The notes under the pieces: model-generated
Databases searched by the model: none
Told to the model about the DNA's origin: nothing
Seen by the model: only the letters and a program-made list of their open reading frames with translations
Assembly (NCBI RefSeq): GCF_900095195.1
Contig: NZ_LT606950.1
Span: 1,518,369-1,550,368, forward strand
Direction: 5' to 3'
DNA: 32,000 nucleotides
DNA from: Polynucleobacter necessarius
Lineage (GTDB): Bacteria > Pseudomonadota > Gammaproteobacteria > Burkholderiales > Burkholderiaceae
Part shown: piece after piece, positions 1 to 8,425 of the stretch
Numbering within the stretch: the stretch's first letter is position 1
Layout of the letters: each line of letters opens with the position of its first letter
Translations under genes and position numbers: made by a program

Positions 1-1
1 A

Positions 2-1651
2 TTTTCCGTCAGCCTACTTCATGGGCAAACGGGTAGTGGAAAAACAGCAGTCTTTTTAAATTGGTTGCAATCAATTCTTCGGGATGAAAATTCTCAAGCA
101 CTTATCTTGGTTCCAGAAATTAATCTGACACCACAATTAGAGCGAAGAGTGCGTGCCTATTTTCCAAACAAAAGGATGGTTGTCCTGCATAGTGGCGTTA
201 GCGAAAAGAAGCGGGGCATTGCTTGGCAAGAGGCAGTGATTGGAAAAGCGCAAATTGTTTTAGGAACACGATTGGCAGCGTTAACTCCGATGCCGAATTT
301 GCGTGCCATCGTAGTGGATGAAGAGCATGATGCTTCGTATAAACAACAAGATGGCATTCGCTATTCAGCGCGTGATCTTGCTGTATGGCGTGCACACGAT
401 ACCAAAATTCCAATCTTGCTTTCATCAGCGACACCATCTCTTGAAACCTGGATGGCCGCGAAGGCTGGCCGATACCAATCTTTGCGCTTGGATCAACGCG
501 CTCAGGGTGCGAGTTTGCCCAAAGTACACTTGGTTAACACACGTGATCCACAAAATCAATTTAGCCCTGGCGACCTGGATAAGCCGCCGAAACTTTCTTT
601 AAGTAAGCCGCTGGTTAGGGCCATTAATACAAGTCTTCAGAGTCAAAAGCAATGCTTGGTACTGATTAATCGTCGAGGGTATTCGCCAGTGCTTAGCTGC
701 AGTGCTTGTTCGTGGCTGTCAAAGTGCCCGCAATGTAGCTCATATACCGTTATGCATAAAGCTGGAGCGTTAGGCCGAAACCCTACTTTGAGTTGCCATC
801 ATTGTGGATTAGTAAAACCAGTTCCCACCCACTGCCCTGATTGTGGAAATGCAGATTTGAAGGGGCTTGGTCAAGGCACCCAAAAACTAGAGGACTCAGT
901 TGAGCAAGCATGGCCCAATGCAAGGGTATTGCGGATAGATACAGATTCTTCGCGGAAGGGCAAAGGGGCAGAGCCTCTCTTTCAGGAGATTCATGAAGGC
1001 AATGTTGATATTGTGGTTGGCACCCAAATGATTGCTAAGGGACACGATTTTCAGAACATTGGCATGGTTGCGGTTTTGGATGCGGATAGCCGACTTTTTT
1101 CACAAGACTTTCGAGCCGCTGAACGGTTGTTCGCCCAATTAGTCCAGGTTGCCGGTCGAGCTGGCCGCAATGGTAAAGAGGGTGAACGGGGCGGCGAGAT
1201 TTACATCGAAACGCAGTTTCCGGAGTCAGCAGTTTATCAATACTTGCTGCGTCACGATGTCGATGGTTTTTTGTCGCATATTGCTGTTGACCGCGAGGAG
1301 GCTAAGTTGCCCCCATTCTCTTACCAGGGCTTGGTTTACGCAGAAGCAAAAAGCCTTGAAAAGGCAATTGGGTTTTTGATCTCCTTAAAAAGGCGAGTAA
1401 TGGCTCGAGGCCATATGGGACAAGGCGTTCGGGTTTATGACCCGGTGCCGAGGAGCATGGTGAAGGTGGCTGGTGTGGCGCGCGCTCAATTGGTGGTCGA
1501 GTCGGATGATCGCAAGCAATTACAGGAAGTTTTAGATGCAATCAATCTCGATTTGCGCGAAATTTCTCAAGGGCGCATTAGCAAAGGGGGCAAAGATAGC
1601 AAAGAGGGTCAGGTTCGCTGGTTGATTGAGCGCGACCCTATTTCGATCTGA
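2..1651 (+). CDS. priA: Primosomal replication protein N' (PriA helicase), 5' end cut by window edge
   Basis: ORF 65..1651 stays open in the same frame back to nt 2. nt 2-64 read FSVSLLHGQTGSGKTAVFLNW (Walker A). There is a DEEH box (VVDEEHD) and a Cys-rich zinc region CSACSWLSKCPQCSS..CHHCG..CPDCG typical of PriA. Confidence 0.9.
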   Translation, partial: FSVSLLHGQTGSGKTAVFLNWLQSILRDENSQALILVPEINLTPQLERRVRAYFPNKRMVVLHSGVSEKKRGIAWQEAVIGKAQIVLGTRLAALTPMPNLRAIVVDEEHDASYKQQDGIRYSARDLAVWRAHDTKIPILLSSATPSLETWMAAKAGRYQSLRLDQRAQGASLPKVHLVNTRDPQNQFSPGDLDKPPKLSLSKPLVRAINTSLQSQKQCLVLINRRGYSPVLSCSACSWLSKCPQCSSYTVMHKAGALGRNPTLSCHHCGLVKPVPTHCPDCGNADLKGLGQGTQKLEDSVEQAWPNARVLRIDTDSSRKGKGAEPLFQEIHEGNVDIVVGTQMIAKGHDFQNIGMVAVLDADSRLFSQDFRAAERLFAQLVQVAGRAGRNGKEGERGGEIYIETQFPESAVYQYLLRHDVDGFLSHIAVDREEAKLPPFSYQGLVYAEAKSLEKAIGFLISLKRRVMARGHMGQGVRVYDPVPRSMVKVAGVARAQLVVESDDRKQLQEVLDAINLDLREISQGRISKGGKDSKEGQVRWLIERDPISI

Positions 1652-1661
1652 TGATTGGGTC

Positions 1662-2073
1662 TTAAGCCCCTAAGCCAGAGCTATATTTTTCTAAACTCAA
1701 TAATTGATCAAGTTCAGTCGCTAGGCTATCTTTTGAATCGGGCTTGATTTTAAATAGCCAAACCGAATAAGGCCTTTCATTCACCAATTCAGGTGAGGCA
1801 TCTACTTCTGAATTGAGTTCAACGATCTCGCCACTAATGGGCGCATGAATATCGCTCGCAGCCTTCACGGATTCAATGACTGCAACAGCTTCGCCCCGCT
1901 TCACTTGCTGACCAAGCTTTGGCGCCTGAAAGAACATGACATCACCCAACGCTTCTTGCGCATGATTGCTGATTGCCAACCCATACAAGCCCATCTTCTT
2001 CTAGGTCGGCCCATTCGTGCGTATCGGCAAATTTAAATGTATCTTGGCTGTTCGTTGTTTTATCCTTTAACAT
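1662..2073 (-). pseudogene. gcvH: Glycine-cleavage H-protein-like lipoyl carrier, interrupted by a +1 frameshift
   Basis: ORF 1662..1994 carries the ESVKAASD lipoyl-lysine motif. The true N-terminus MLKDKTTNSQDTFKFADTHEWADLEEDGLVWVG starts at the ATG at 2073 in another frame. The span is 412 nt (3n+1). The frame switch is at the AA at 1973-1974. Confidence 0.75.
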
Positions 2074-2147
2074 ATTCTATGCTCTGAGTTCGATTTTTGA
2101 TGCTGGAGCATTATTCTTTTATCTGCTTTGTATATTCATATTTGTCT

Positions 2148-2793
2148 ATGCCAATTAAATTAGGAATCGTTCCAGTTACACCGTTCGAGCAAAACCGCTC
2201 TACTTTGGTTTGCCAGGAAACTGGGGATGCCGCTGTGGTGGATCCAGTAGGCGATATCGACAAAATCTTGGCGGGTGTTCAGCAAATGGGCGGTAATGTT
2301 AAAAAGGTGTTGCTAATCCATGGACATTTAGACCATTGCGCAGTGGCCAAAGATTTAGCGGACCAACTGAAAGTTCCAATCGAAGGGCCACAAGAAGACG
2401 AGCGATTTTGGGTTGATCAACTACCAGAGCAAACTGTACGTTTTGGTTTTGGACATGCCAAGGCATTTGAGCCAAATCGTTGGTTCAAGGATGGGGACCA
2501 TGTTTAAGTTGGCAACGTTGATTTTGAAGTATTTCATTGCCCCGGCCATACGCCAGGGCATGTTGTCTTCTATGACAAAGATGATCGTTTAGCCATTGTT
2601 GGCGATGTATTGTTTGCCGGGTCGATTGGTAGAACCGATCTTCCGCGCGGCAATCTTGCTGATTTAATTAACGCTATTCGAACTAAGTTTTGGCCGCTTG
2701 GTGACGATGTGCTAATTTGTTCCAGGACATGGGCCGATGTCAACGTTCGGTCAGGAACGCCAAACCAATCCCTATGTTGGAGACGGCGCTTAA
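2148..2793 (+). pseudogene. YcbL/GloB-like MBL-fold hydrolase (glyoxalase II family) with an in-frame TAA and a +1 frameshift
   Basis: The sequence is colinear with my recollection of E. coli YcbL: HGHLDH, HCPGHTPGH, GDVLFAGSIGRTD, then PGHGPMSTFGQER in a shifted frame. An in-frame TAA sits at 2505-2507. An extra base lies within 2712-2715. The span is 646 nt (3n+1). Confidence 0.8.
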
Positions 2794-2812
2794 AAGAATG
2801 AGGCCGGGGTGA

Positions 2813-2998
2813 TTAGGTTTTTGCAGCACCAGTGCGGTGCGTACGGTTGTATAAACAGCTAGCGCAAACCCAGCGTTGTTTACGATTGCTTGTAGGAATC
2901 CATGTGCCTCCCTCAAGTCGTTTTTCGCGGCCGCACGAAGAGCAAAATTTAAGGCTCTGAGATGAATCTTGGGTAGCTGCTGGGGTCGAGGTAGTCAT
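2813..2998 (-). CDS. Hypothetical 61-aa C4 protein (CxxCG..22 aa..WVCxxC), zinc-ribbon or rubredoxin-like pattern
   Basis: ORF-track ORF 2813..3004 starts at TTG; an ATG lies at 2998. It sits 48 nt downstream of the desaturase on the same strand. It has four Cys in two knuckles. There is no clear SD sequence. Confidence 0.35.
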   Translation of the reverse strand: MTTSTPAATQDSSQSLKFCSSCGREKRLEGGTWIPTSNRKQRWVCASCLYNRTHRTGAAKT

Positions 2999-3052
2999 AG
3001 TCAATCCGGGTAAGGCAAATCTTTGATCAGAAGTGCTATTTTACCCGTTTTG

Positions 3053-4195
3053 TCATGCCGGTACCGGGGTTAATACAACTCGGACGGAATCCGCTGTTTT
3101 ATTCCCATCAAAGTCCAACCAAGCTTTATTTTCAAAGTCGTAAAGCTTGCACTTGCGAGCGGTATCAAAATACCAACCCCAAGAGAACTTTTGAATGAAG
3201 ATGCGCTCTGGGAGTATGGTTTCCAGGGTTTTTTGAGCCTCTGGGAGTCGATACAGGGGAACGCTCATGTCAACGTGATGGGCGGTGTGCTCCATGATGT
3301 GGTGCATTAACGAACCCCAGATCCAATTAAAGGTGAGATGAACGGTCGTTGAAACAAAAGGCTGGGCGCGAAGCCACTCAGACTTCTTATCGTACCAAGA
3401 GACCGATGGATGTGTATGGTGAACATAAACCACAAACCCAATCATCCCATTCCAAAACAAGAATGGAACGGCAAAACCAGTGATTAACCCGATCCAAATA
3501 GATTGTCCAGTGGCAATTGCACCAGCAATCAGGCAGCCAATCCAAACGATAGCAAACGCCGTCGCGAGCAAATTGTCTTTGAGGAAAATTGGACGATCAC
3601 CAGGCTTATTTTGCGCATTTGGGAAGTACTCGCGTCTCCACCAAATTTCGATGAGGTAGTAAAAAACGGAGCCCCAACCACTACGGTAGAGGCGCTCTAG
3701 AGCCTTACGAAATGGGGGTAGAGCGTCATACTCCGCTTTTGATAATGGCGCCCATACGAAGTCAAAGCCCTTCAAATTGGTTTGTCCGTGATGAACTACA
3801 TTGTGACCAACATCCCACAAGCTGTATGGAGTGAGAGAGGGCAAGAAAGCAATACGACCTAAAACTTTATTCAGTTCACGATTGGGTGTAAAACTTTGAT
3901 GACAGGCGTCATGCCCCAGTATAAAAATACGACCCGTTACAAAACCAGCCACTACGCCAAAAATTACCTTGAGCAGAATATTTTCTACAAATACGGTTCC
4001 AGCAATACAACCCAGCCATAAAAAAGCATCGATGAGCAGCAACAGGATCGCACGACCAGTTTCTCCTTGAGCCATCGGAATGAGCCAGCTTCGAATAATT
4101 TTTCGATGCGGCAATGGAGCCTCTGGGGGCAACGGGTTAGTTAGAGAGGGTTCTGAAAGGGCTGAATTTAGATGTGTAGACACGATAAGAATCAA
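3053..4195 (-). CDS. Membrane fatty-acid desaturase family protein
   Basis: 380-aa ORF with three His boxes (HDACH, HNVVHH, HTAHH) and several hydrophobic segments. Confidence 0.8.
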   Translation of the reverse strand: MILIVSTHLNSALSEPSLTNPLPPEAPLPHRKIIRSWLIPMAQGETGRAILLLLIDAFLWLGCIAGTVFVENILLKVIFGVVAGFVTGRIFILGHDACHQSFTPNRELNKVLGRIAFLPSLTPYSLWDVGHNVVHHGQTNLKGFDFVWAPLSKAEYDALPPFRKALERLYRSGWGSVFYYLIEIWWRREYFPNAQNKPGDRPIFLKDNLLATAFAIVWIGCLIAGAIATGQSIWIGLITGFAVPFLFWNGMIGFVVYVHHTHPSVSWYDKKSEWLRAQPFVSTTVHLTFNWIWGSLMHHIMEHTAHHVDMSVPLYRLPEAQKTLETILPERIFIQKFSWGWYFDTARKCKLYDFENKAWLDFDGNKTADSVRVVLTPVPA

Positions 4196-4265
4196 TAAGT
4201 TAGAAACAAATGATAGTGGATTTCATGATTTTTCGCATGATGTAAGTCAAAAACCCCTCCCGTTT

Positions 4266-4341
4266 TGGCGCGCCCGGCAGGAATCGAACCTGCGACCCTT
4301 GGCTTCGGAGGCCAATACTCTGTCCACTGAGCTACGGGCGC
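4266..4341 (-). tRNA. tRNA-Arg (anticodon CCG)
   Basis: The reverse complement folds as a 76-nt cloverleaf. Acceptor GCGCCCG/CGGGCGC, anticodon arm TTGGC-CTCCGAA-GCCAA, T arm GCAGG-TTCGATT-CCTGC, encoded CCA. Confidence 0.93.
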
Positions 4342-4442
4342 TATGAAAACTGGTAAACACCCTATTGTAAGTGCCTATACCCCTACTCTCTAGTTATAGT
4401 CACCGCAAAACAACCCTAAAATCCGTCAAACGATAAATTCAT

Positions 4443-4967
4443 ATGAGCAACGAGCACGGAAACCTGATTAAGCCCCCAAAACAACCCATCATCATGGTGT
4501 TTGCAAGCTTTTTTGTGCCCTTGATCATTATTTTGTTATTGATGGTATTTGTGAACAATGGCAAGCGCGGCGATTCTTCAACAACAACCGAACAACTTAT
4601 TAAGCCTATGGCCCAGTTAAATTTCAAAGGTACCGCTAGCAGTCCGCGCGAACCTCAAACTGGCGAGCAGGTTTATAAAGCCGTTTGTGTTTCATGCCAT
4701 GCAACGGGTGCAGCTGGTGCGCCTAAATTTGGTGATGCGGGCGCTTGGGCCTCTCGCCTAGGTAAGGGCTACGATGGCTTGTTGACCTCTGTTCTTAAAG
4801 GTAAGGGCGCCATGCCTGCACGTGGTGGTTCGAATCCTGCCGATATTAGTGATTATGAATTGGGTCGCGCCGTTGTGTACTTGGCAAACTCGCTGGTGGC
4901 AAGCTACCAGAGCCTAAGGCACCCGAAGCAAAGGGATCGTTTTGCGTTGATTAAAAAAGCTGGCTAA
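4443..4967 (+). CDS. Membrane-anchored c-type cytochrome (cytochrome c5 family)
   Basis: N-terminal TM helix (IIMVFASFFVPLIIILLLMVFV), a single CVSCH haem motif, and GAMPARGG with the Met ligand. The C-terminal tail may be frame-shifted (see findings). Confidence 0.8.
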   Translation: MSNEHGNLIKPPKQPIIMVFASFFVPLIIILLLMVFVNNGKRGDSSTTTEQLIKPMAQLNFKGTASSPREPQTGEQVYKAVCVSCHATGAAGAPKFGDAGAWASRLGKGYDGLLTSVLKGKGAMPARGGSNPADISDYELGRAVVYLANSLVASYQSLRHPKQRDRFALIKKAG

Positions 4968-4979
4968 ATACCAGCTTTT
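4955..4979. terminator. Bidirectional stem-loop between the convergent cytochrome c5 gene and rsmI
   Basis: AAAAGCTGG (4955-4963) pairs with CCAGCTTTT (4971-4979) around a 7-nt loop. T/A runs flank it on both strands. Both stop codons lie in or next to the hairpin. Confidence 0.5.
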
Positions 4980-5883
4980 ATCTTTCTTGCTGAGCTGCTT
5001 TGGCATCCAGAGCAACTTGATAGGCATCCTTTTTTGCTATCCCCAATGCTTCTGACAGAACTGCTGCAATCTCCTTACTTCCTAGGAAAGGGTTCAATGC
5101 ATTCGCCCAAACCATTATGGATTCATGCTCTATAGCCTCGTGGGTATTGGCTTGGCGACCGCCAACTAGAACAATAAATTCTCCCTTAAGTGCCTCCGCA
5201 TTTTGAACCCATGCTGGAATTTGATGCGCAGATAGCGAAACGAGCTGCTCAAATTTTTTGGTGAGCTCGCGACAAATAAAAACCCTTCTATCGTGTTCTA
5301 AAGCTGTAGATAGTAATAACAATGAATCACGAATATTATGTGGAGACTCAAAAAAGACGCTTGTTTTTTTGTTAAAGCAAATGTCTTTTAAGAAGGCATC
5401 ACGATCTTTCGTTTTGTGTGGCCAAAATCCTAAAAATTGAAATTGCCCATCTGAGTTTTGCATGACAGAGCCCGCCGCGGAGATTGCGCAAGATGCTGCG
5501 CTAGCGCCAGGTATGGGGATCACTCTCAATCCCGCCTTTTGGACTTCATCAACTAATCGTGCGCCGGGATCCGAAATACCTGGGGTGCCAGCATCAGATA
5601 TGTAAGCCCAACGCTCGTTCTTATTCAAATGCCCAATAACGGTTTGTGCACCACTAAGCTCATTATGGGCATGCAATGCTAAACATTTTTTATGTATACC
5701 GAATTGCTGTAATAAAGTCGCACTATGGCGCGTATCTTCGCAAGCAATACCATCGACCGCATTAAGAACATGTAATGCTCGCAAGGTGATATCACCCAAA
5801 TTGCCTATGGGCGTGGCAACCATATACAAGGCCCCAGCAGGCAAGTCTTGCTGATTTAAAAAATCCAACGAACTCGGTTCCAT
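4978..5883 (-). CDS. rsmI: 16S rRNA (cytidine1402-2'-O)-methyltransferase
   Basis: GALYMVATPIGNLGDITLRAL..ACEDTR tetrapyrrole-methylase-fold motifs. I used the internal ATG at 5883 (MEPSSLDF..) because the longer ORF to 6051 overlaps the divergent gene. Confidence 0.85.
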   Translation of the reverse strand: MEPSSLDFLNQQDLPAGALYMVATPIGNLGDITLRALHVLNAVDGIACEDTRHSATLLQQFGIHKKCLALHAHNELSGAQTVIGHLNKNERWAYISDAGTPGISDPGARLVDEVQKAGLRVIPIPGASAASCAISAAGSVMQNSDGQFQFLGFWPHKTKDRDAFLKDICFNKKTSVFFESPHNIRDSLLLLSTALEHDRRVFICRELTKKFEQLVSLSAHQIPAWVQNAEALKGEFIVLVGGRQANTHEAIEHESIMVWANALNPFLGSKEIAAVLSEALGIAKKDAYQVALDAKAAQQER

Positions 5884-5989
5884 GGGAGTATTGTCTGCTG
5901 AAGATGAATGAATAAGCAAGAGAATACGTTGCTTTTGAGTTAAGCTGTTTGTATCAGAATTTAGAGGTGCTTTAGCGCATAATATTGCT

Positions 5990-6592
5990 ATGGAAAAAGA
6001 TACGGTTGAGCGTTTGCGCAAGCGCGCTTCCCAACATTTTTTAGACAGCATTGCTGTAAAACAAGAGGCAGAAAAAGTGCTTCCAGACTATGTGGCTCGC
6101 GGTGTTCTTGCCGTGGTCAATTGTTTGCAATCCGGCGGCAAAGTAATGGCCTGTGGAAATGGCGGCTCTGCTGCTGACGCGCAACATTTCGCTGCCGAGC
6201 TGATTGGCCGCTTTGAGCGTGAACGCCAGGAGCTTGCCGCTATTGCATTGACTACAGACAGTTCTATTTTGACTGCAGTTGGCAATGATTACAGCTACGA
6301 CGATGTGTTTTATAAACAGGTGCGCGGCCTTGGAAAAAAAGGCGACATTCTTTTGGGTATATCGACGTCTGGTAATTCAAAGAACGTTATTAAAGCGATT
6401 GAAGCCGCAAAAAAGATGGGCATCAAAATTATTGCACTCACTGGTAATGGTGGCGGAAAGATTGCTGGCTTGCTTGATCAAGACGATATTCATTTATGCG
6501 CTCCTTCGAATCGTACGGCACGTATTCAAGAAACCCATTTAGTGCTATTGCACGGTTTGTGTGATGGCGTTGACCACATGTTGCTTGATTAA
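5990..6592 (+). CDS. diaA: SIS-domain protein of the GmhA/DiaA family (phosphoheptose-isomerase-like)
   Basis: CGNGGSAADAQHFAAEL and GISTSGNS SIS motifs. The divergent-from-rsmI, upstream-of-BON-lipoprotein arrangement mirrors E. coli yraL/diaA/yraP. Confidence 0.7.
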   Translation: MEKDTVERLRKRASQHFLDSIAVKQEAEKVLPDYVARGVLAVVNCLQSGGKVMACGNGGSAADAQHFAAELIGRFERERQELAAIALTTDSSILTAVGNDYSYDDVFYKQVRGLGKKGDILLGISTSGNSKNVIKAIEAAKKMGIKIIALTGNGGGKIAGLLDQDDIHLCAPSNRTARIQETHLVLLHGLCDGVDHMLLD

Positions 6593-6619
6593 ATTAACAA
6601 ACCCTATAAAGATATACAC

Positions 6620-7270
6620 ATGCGAATTCAATTTTTTATTAAGCCCATCATCGCGTTAATGATTGCTACACAGTTAGCTGCATGTGGAGTGATTGCTGTT
6701 GGTGGCGTTGCTGCAGGCGCAAGCATCTTGGCTGATAGACGCACGCCAGGAGTGCAGGCAATTGATAATGGTATTGAGATGGAAGCAAACGCCGCCCTTT
6801 CGAAGAAGTTTGGCGATAACGCACACATTAACGTTACAGCGTTTAACCAAAAAGTGTTATTGACTGGCGAGGTAAAAGATGCTGATATCAAGGGAGAAGC
6901 GGGCGCATATGTAAAAGCAATGAAGAATGCGCGTACTGTTTTTAATGAGTTAGTTATTGGCCCCAATAGCTCATACACCGCACGCGCCAATGATTCTTAT
7001 CTTGAGTCCAAGATAAAAACGCAAATGATTTTTACAGATAAGTTGCCATCAAATTCGATGTCTATTGTTGCAGAGGGAACAAGTGTTTATTTGATGGGTA
7101 TCTTGACGCAGAACGAAGCGGATCTTGCAAAGAAGATTTCGAGCAATACTAATGGAGTGAAAGACGTATATGTCTACTTCGATATTATTTCTGATCAAGA
7201 AAAAATTCGTTTAGAAAAAGAAGGTAAGGCAGATCAATCTCAGCCAAACACGCCCCCCAAACTTCAATAG
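6620..7270 (+). CDS. dolP: BON-domain lipoprotein (DolP/YraP-like)
   Basis: Lipobox signal peptide ..ATQLAAC|G. Two BON-like segments (VTAFNQKVLLTGEV, VAEGTSVYLMGILT). Synteny with diaA. Confidence 0.7.
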   Translation: MRIQFFIKPIIALMIATQLAACGVIAVGGVAAGASILADRRTPGVQAIDNGIEMEANAALSKKFGDNAHINVTAFNQKVLLTGEVKDADIKGEAGAYVKAMKNARTVFNELVIGPNSSYTARANDSYLESKIKTQMIFTDKLPSNSMSIVAEGTSVYLMGILTQNEADLAKKISSNTNGVKDVYVYFDIISDQEKIRLEKEGKADQSQPNTPPKLQ

Positions 7271-7287
7271 TATTTGTTCAGCGGCAT

Positions 7288-7635
7288 ATGCGTAAACAAC
7301 GAGTAGTTATGAAGACATTTTTATTTTTATGTCTACTTGCTGCTTCTATTAAGGTTGCTACAGCGAACAATGAAAACCAGAAGGCGTATGCAATTGCGAA
7401 GCAAAATGCGTGCTTAGGTTGTCATGCGATTGATAAGAAAATTGTTGGGCCGAGCTTTCAGGCCGTCGCGCAAAATTACAAGGGCGATTCAAGTGCGCAA
7501 GCGTTTATACAAAACAAAATTATTAACGGCGGCTCTGGTTCGTGGGGCGTAGTTCCCATGCCAGCCAATACAAAGCTAAGCGCACCCGATGTATCGTTGT
7601 TGAGCGCTTGGATATTGCGCGGGGCACCACAGTAA
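7288..7635 (+). CDS. Periplasmic class I cytochrome c (c-551/c-552 family)
   Basis: Signal peptide, CLGCHAIDKKIVGPSF and WGVVPMPAN, closely resembling Pseudomonas c551. An alternative start exists at 7309 (MKTFLF..). Confidence 0.85.
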   Translation: MRKQRVVMKTFLFLCLLAASIKVATANNENQKAYAIAKQNACLGCHAIDKKIVGPSFQAVAQNYKGDSSAQAFIQNKIINGGSGSWGVVPMPANTKLSAPDVSLLSAWILRGAPQ

Positions 7636-7657
7636 CGAAATTAAATTCGTGATGTAG

Positions 7658-8308
7658 TTAGCGTGCGTGGTTTGGCTTGCCTAAAAACCACCACCAAGCC
7701 TGATTGGCAAACTTGAAATACTCTTTCATGGCGTAATCAAAATCAGCCCATTGTTCATTTGCAACTTCGTCAACAATCGTTGCAGGATTTGCTGGGGGGT
7801 CTCAAATAGGCATCCGCATCCCCGTATGCAAATTCAACCGTCATGCCTGCCTTTTGGGCTAAGTGCATCATGGCTTTATTGTTTGCTAAGCAATGGACAT
7901 ACAGTATTTGAATGTTGTTGCGTGAGTGAACTACGGAGCGTTGTAATAAAGCGCTTCCAAGTCCCTGGGCGCGGCCCTCGGGCAATACTGACACTCCGAA
8001 CTCTGCTGACCGTGTTGACCTTTAATTGCTGGCAAATACGCTAAATGGGCCAGTCCAATAAGCTTTAAATCGGTATCGAAAACACCAAAAACCGCATCTT
8101 GATCGAAGTCGATGCCATCTACGTAGTGATGAATCACCTCATCAGGGGTTTGTGTGCCAAACCGAAGGCGACGATCTTTGTCTGCCAATTGCAGGAGATG
8201 ACCAAAGATCTGTGGCCGATGCTCGGCATGAAGTTCGCGCACAGGCACAACCTGCCCTGCCATTGCTGGCTGAGAAGGTAAGTGGTTGCTTGCTAATAAA
8301 TTGTGCAT
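7658..8308 (-). pseudogene. GNAT-family N-acetyltransferase disrupted by two opposite-sign frameshifts
   Basis: The N-terminal part is ORF 7931..8308. The middle part, with the acetyl-CoA motif VLPEGRAQGLGSALL, is in another frame (7770..7994). The C-terminal 55 codons (ANPATIVDEVANEQW..KPNHAR*) return to the first frame after the G6/C6 run at 7794-7799. Confidence 0.75.
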
Positions 8309-8425
8309 AGCAATATTTTAACAGTTTTCTAAGAAAAATACAGGGTTTTCCCTAGCATGTGGGTTATATGCAAATTTCCCATCAAAAATGCAGGTTTATT
8401 GGGTAACGCTACCCCAAAAACTGCC

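Noticed and set aside
4080-4346. 88-aa plus-strand ORF
   Set aside because: It is antisense to the desaturase 5' end and runs through tRNA-Arg, so it is an artefact.
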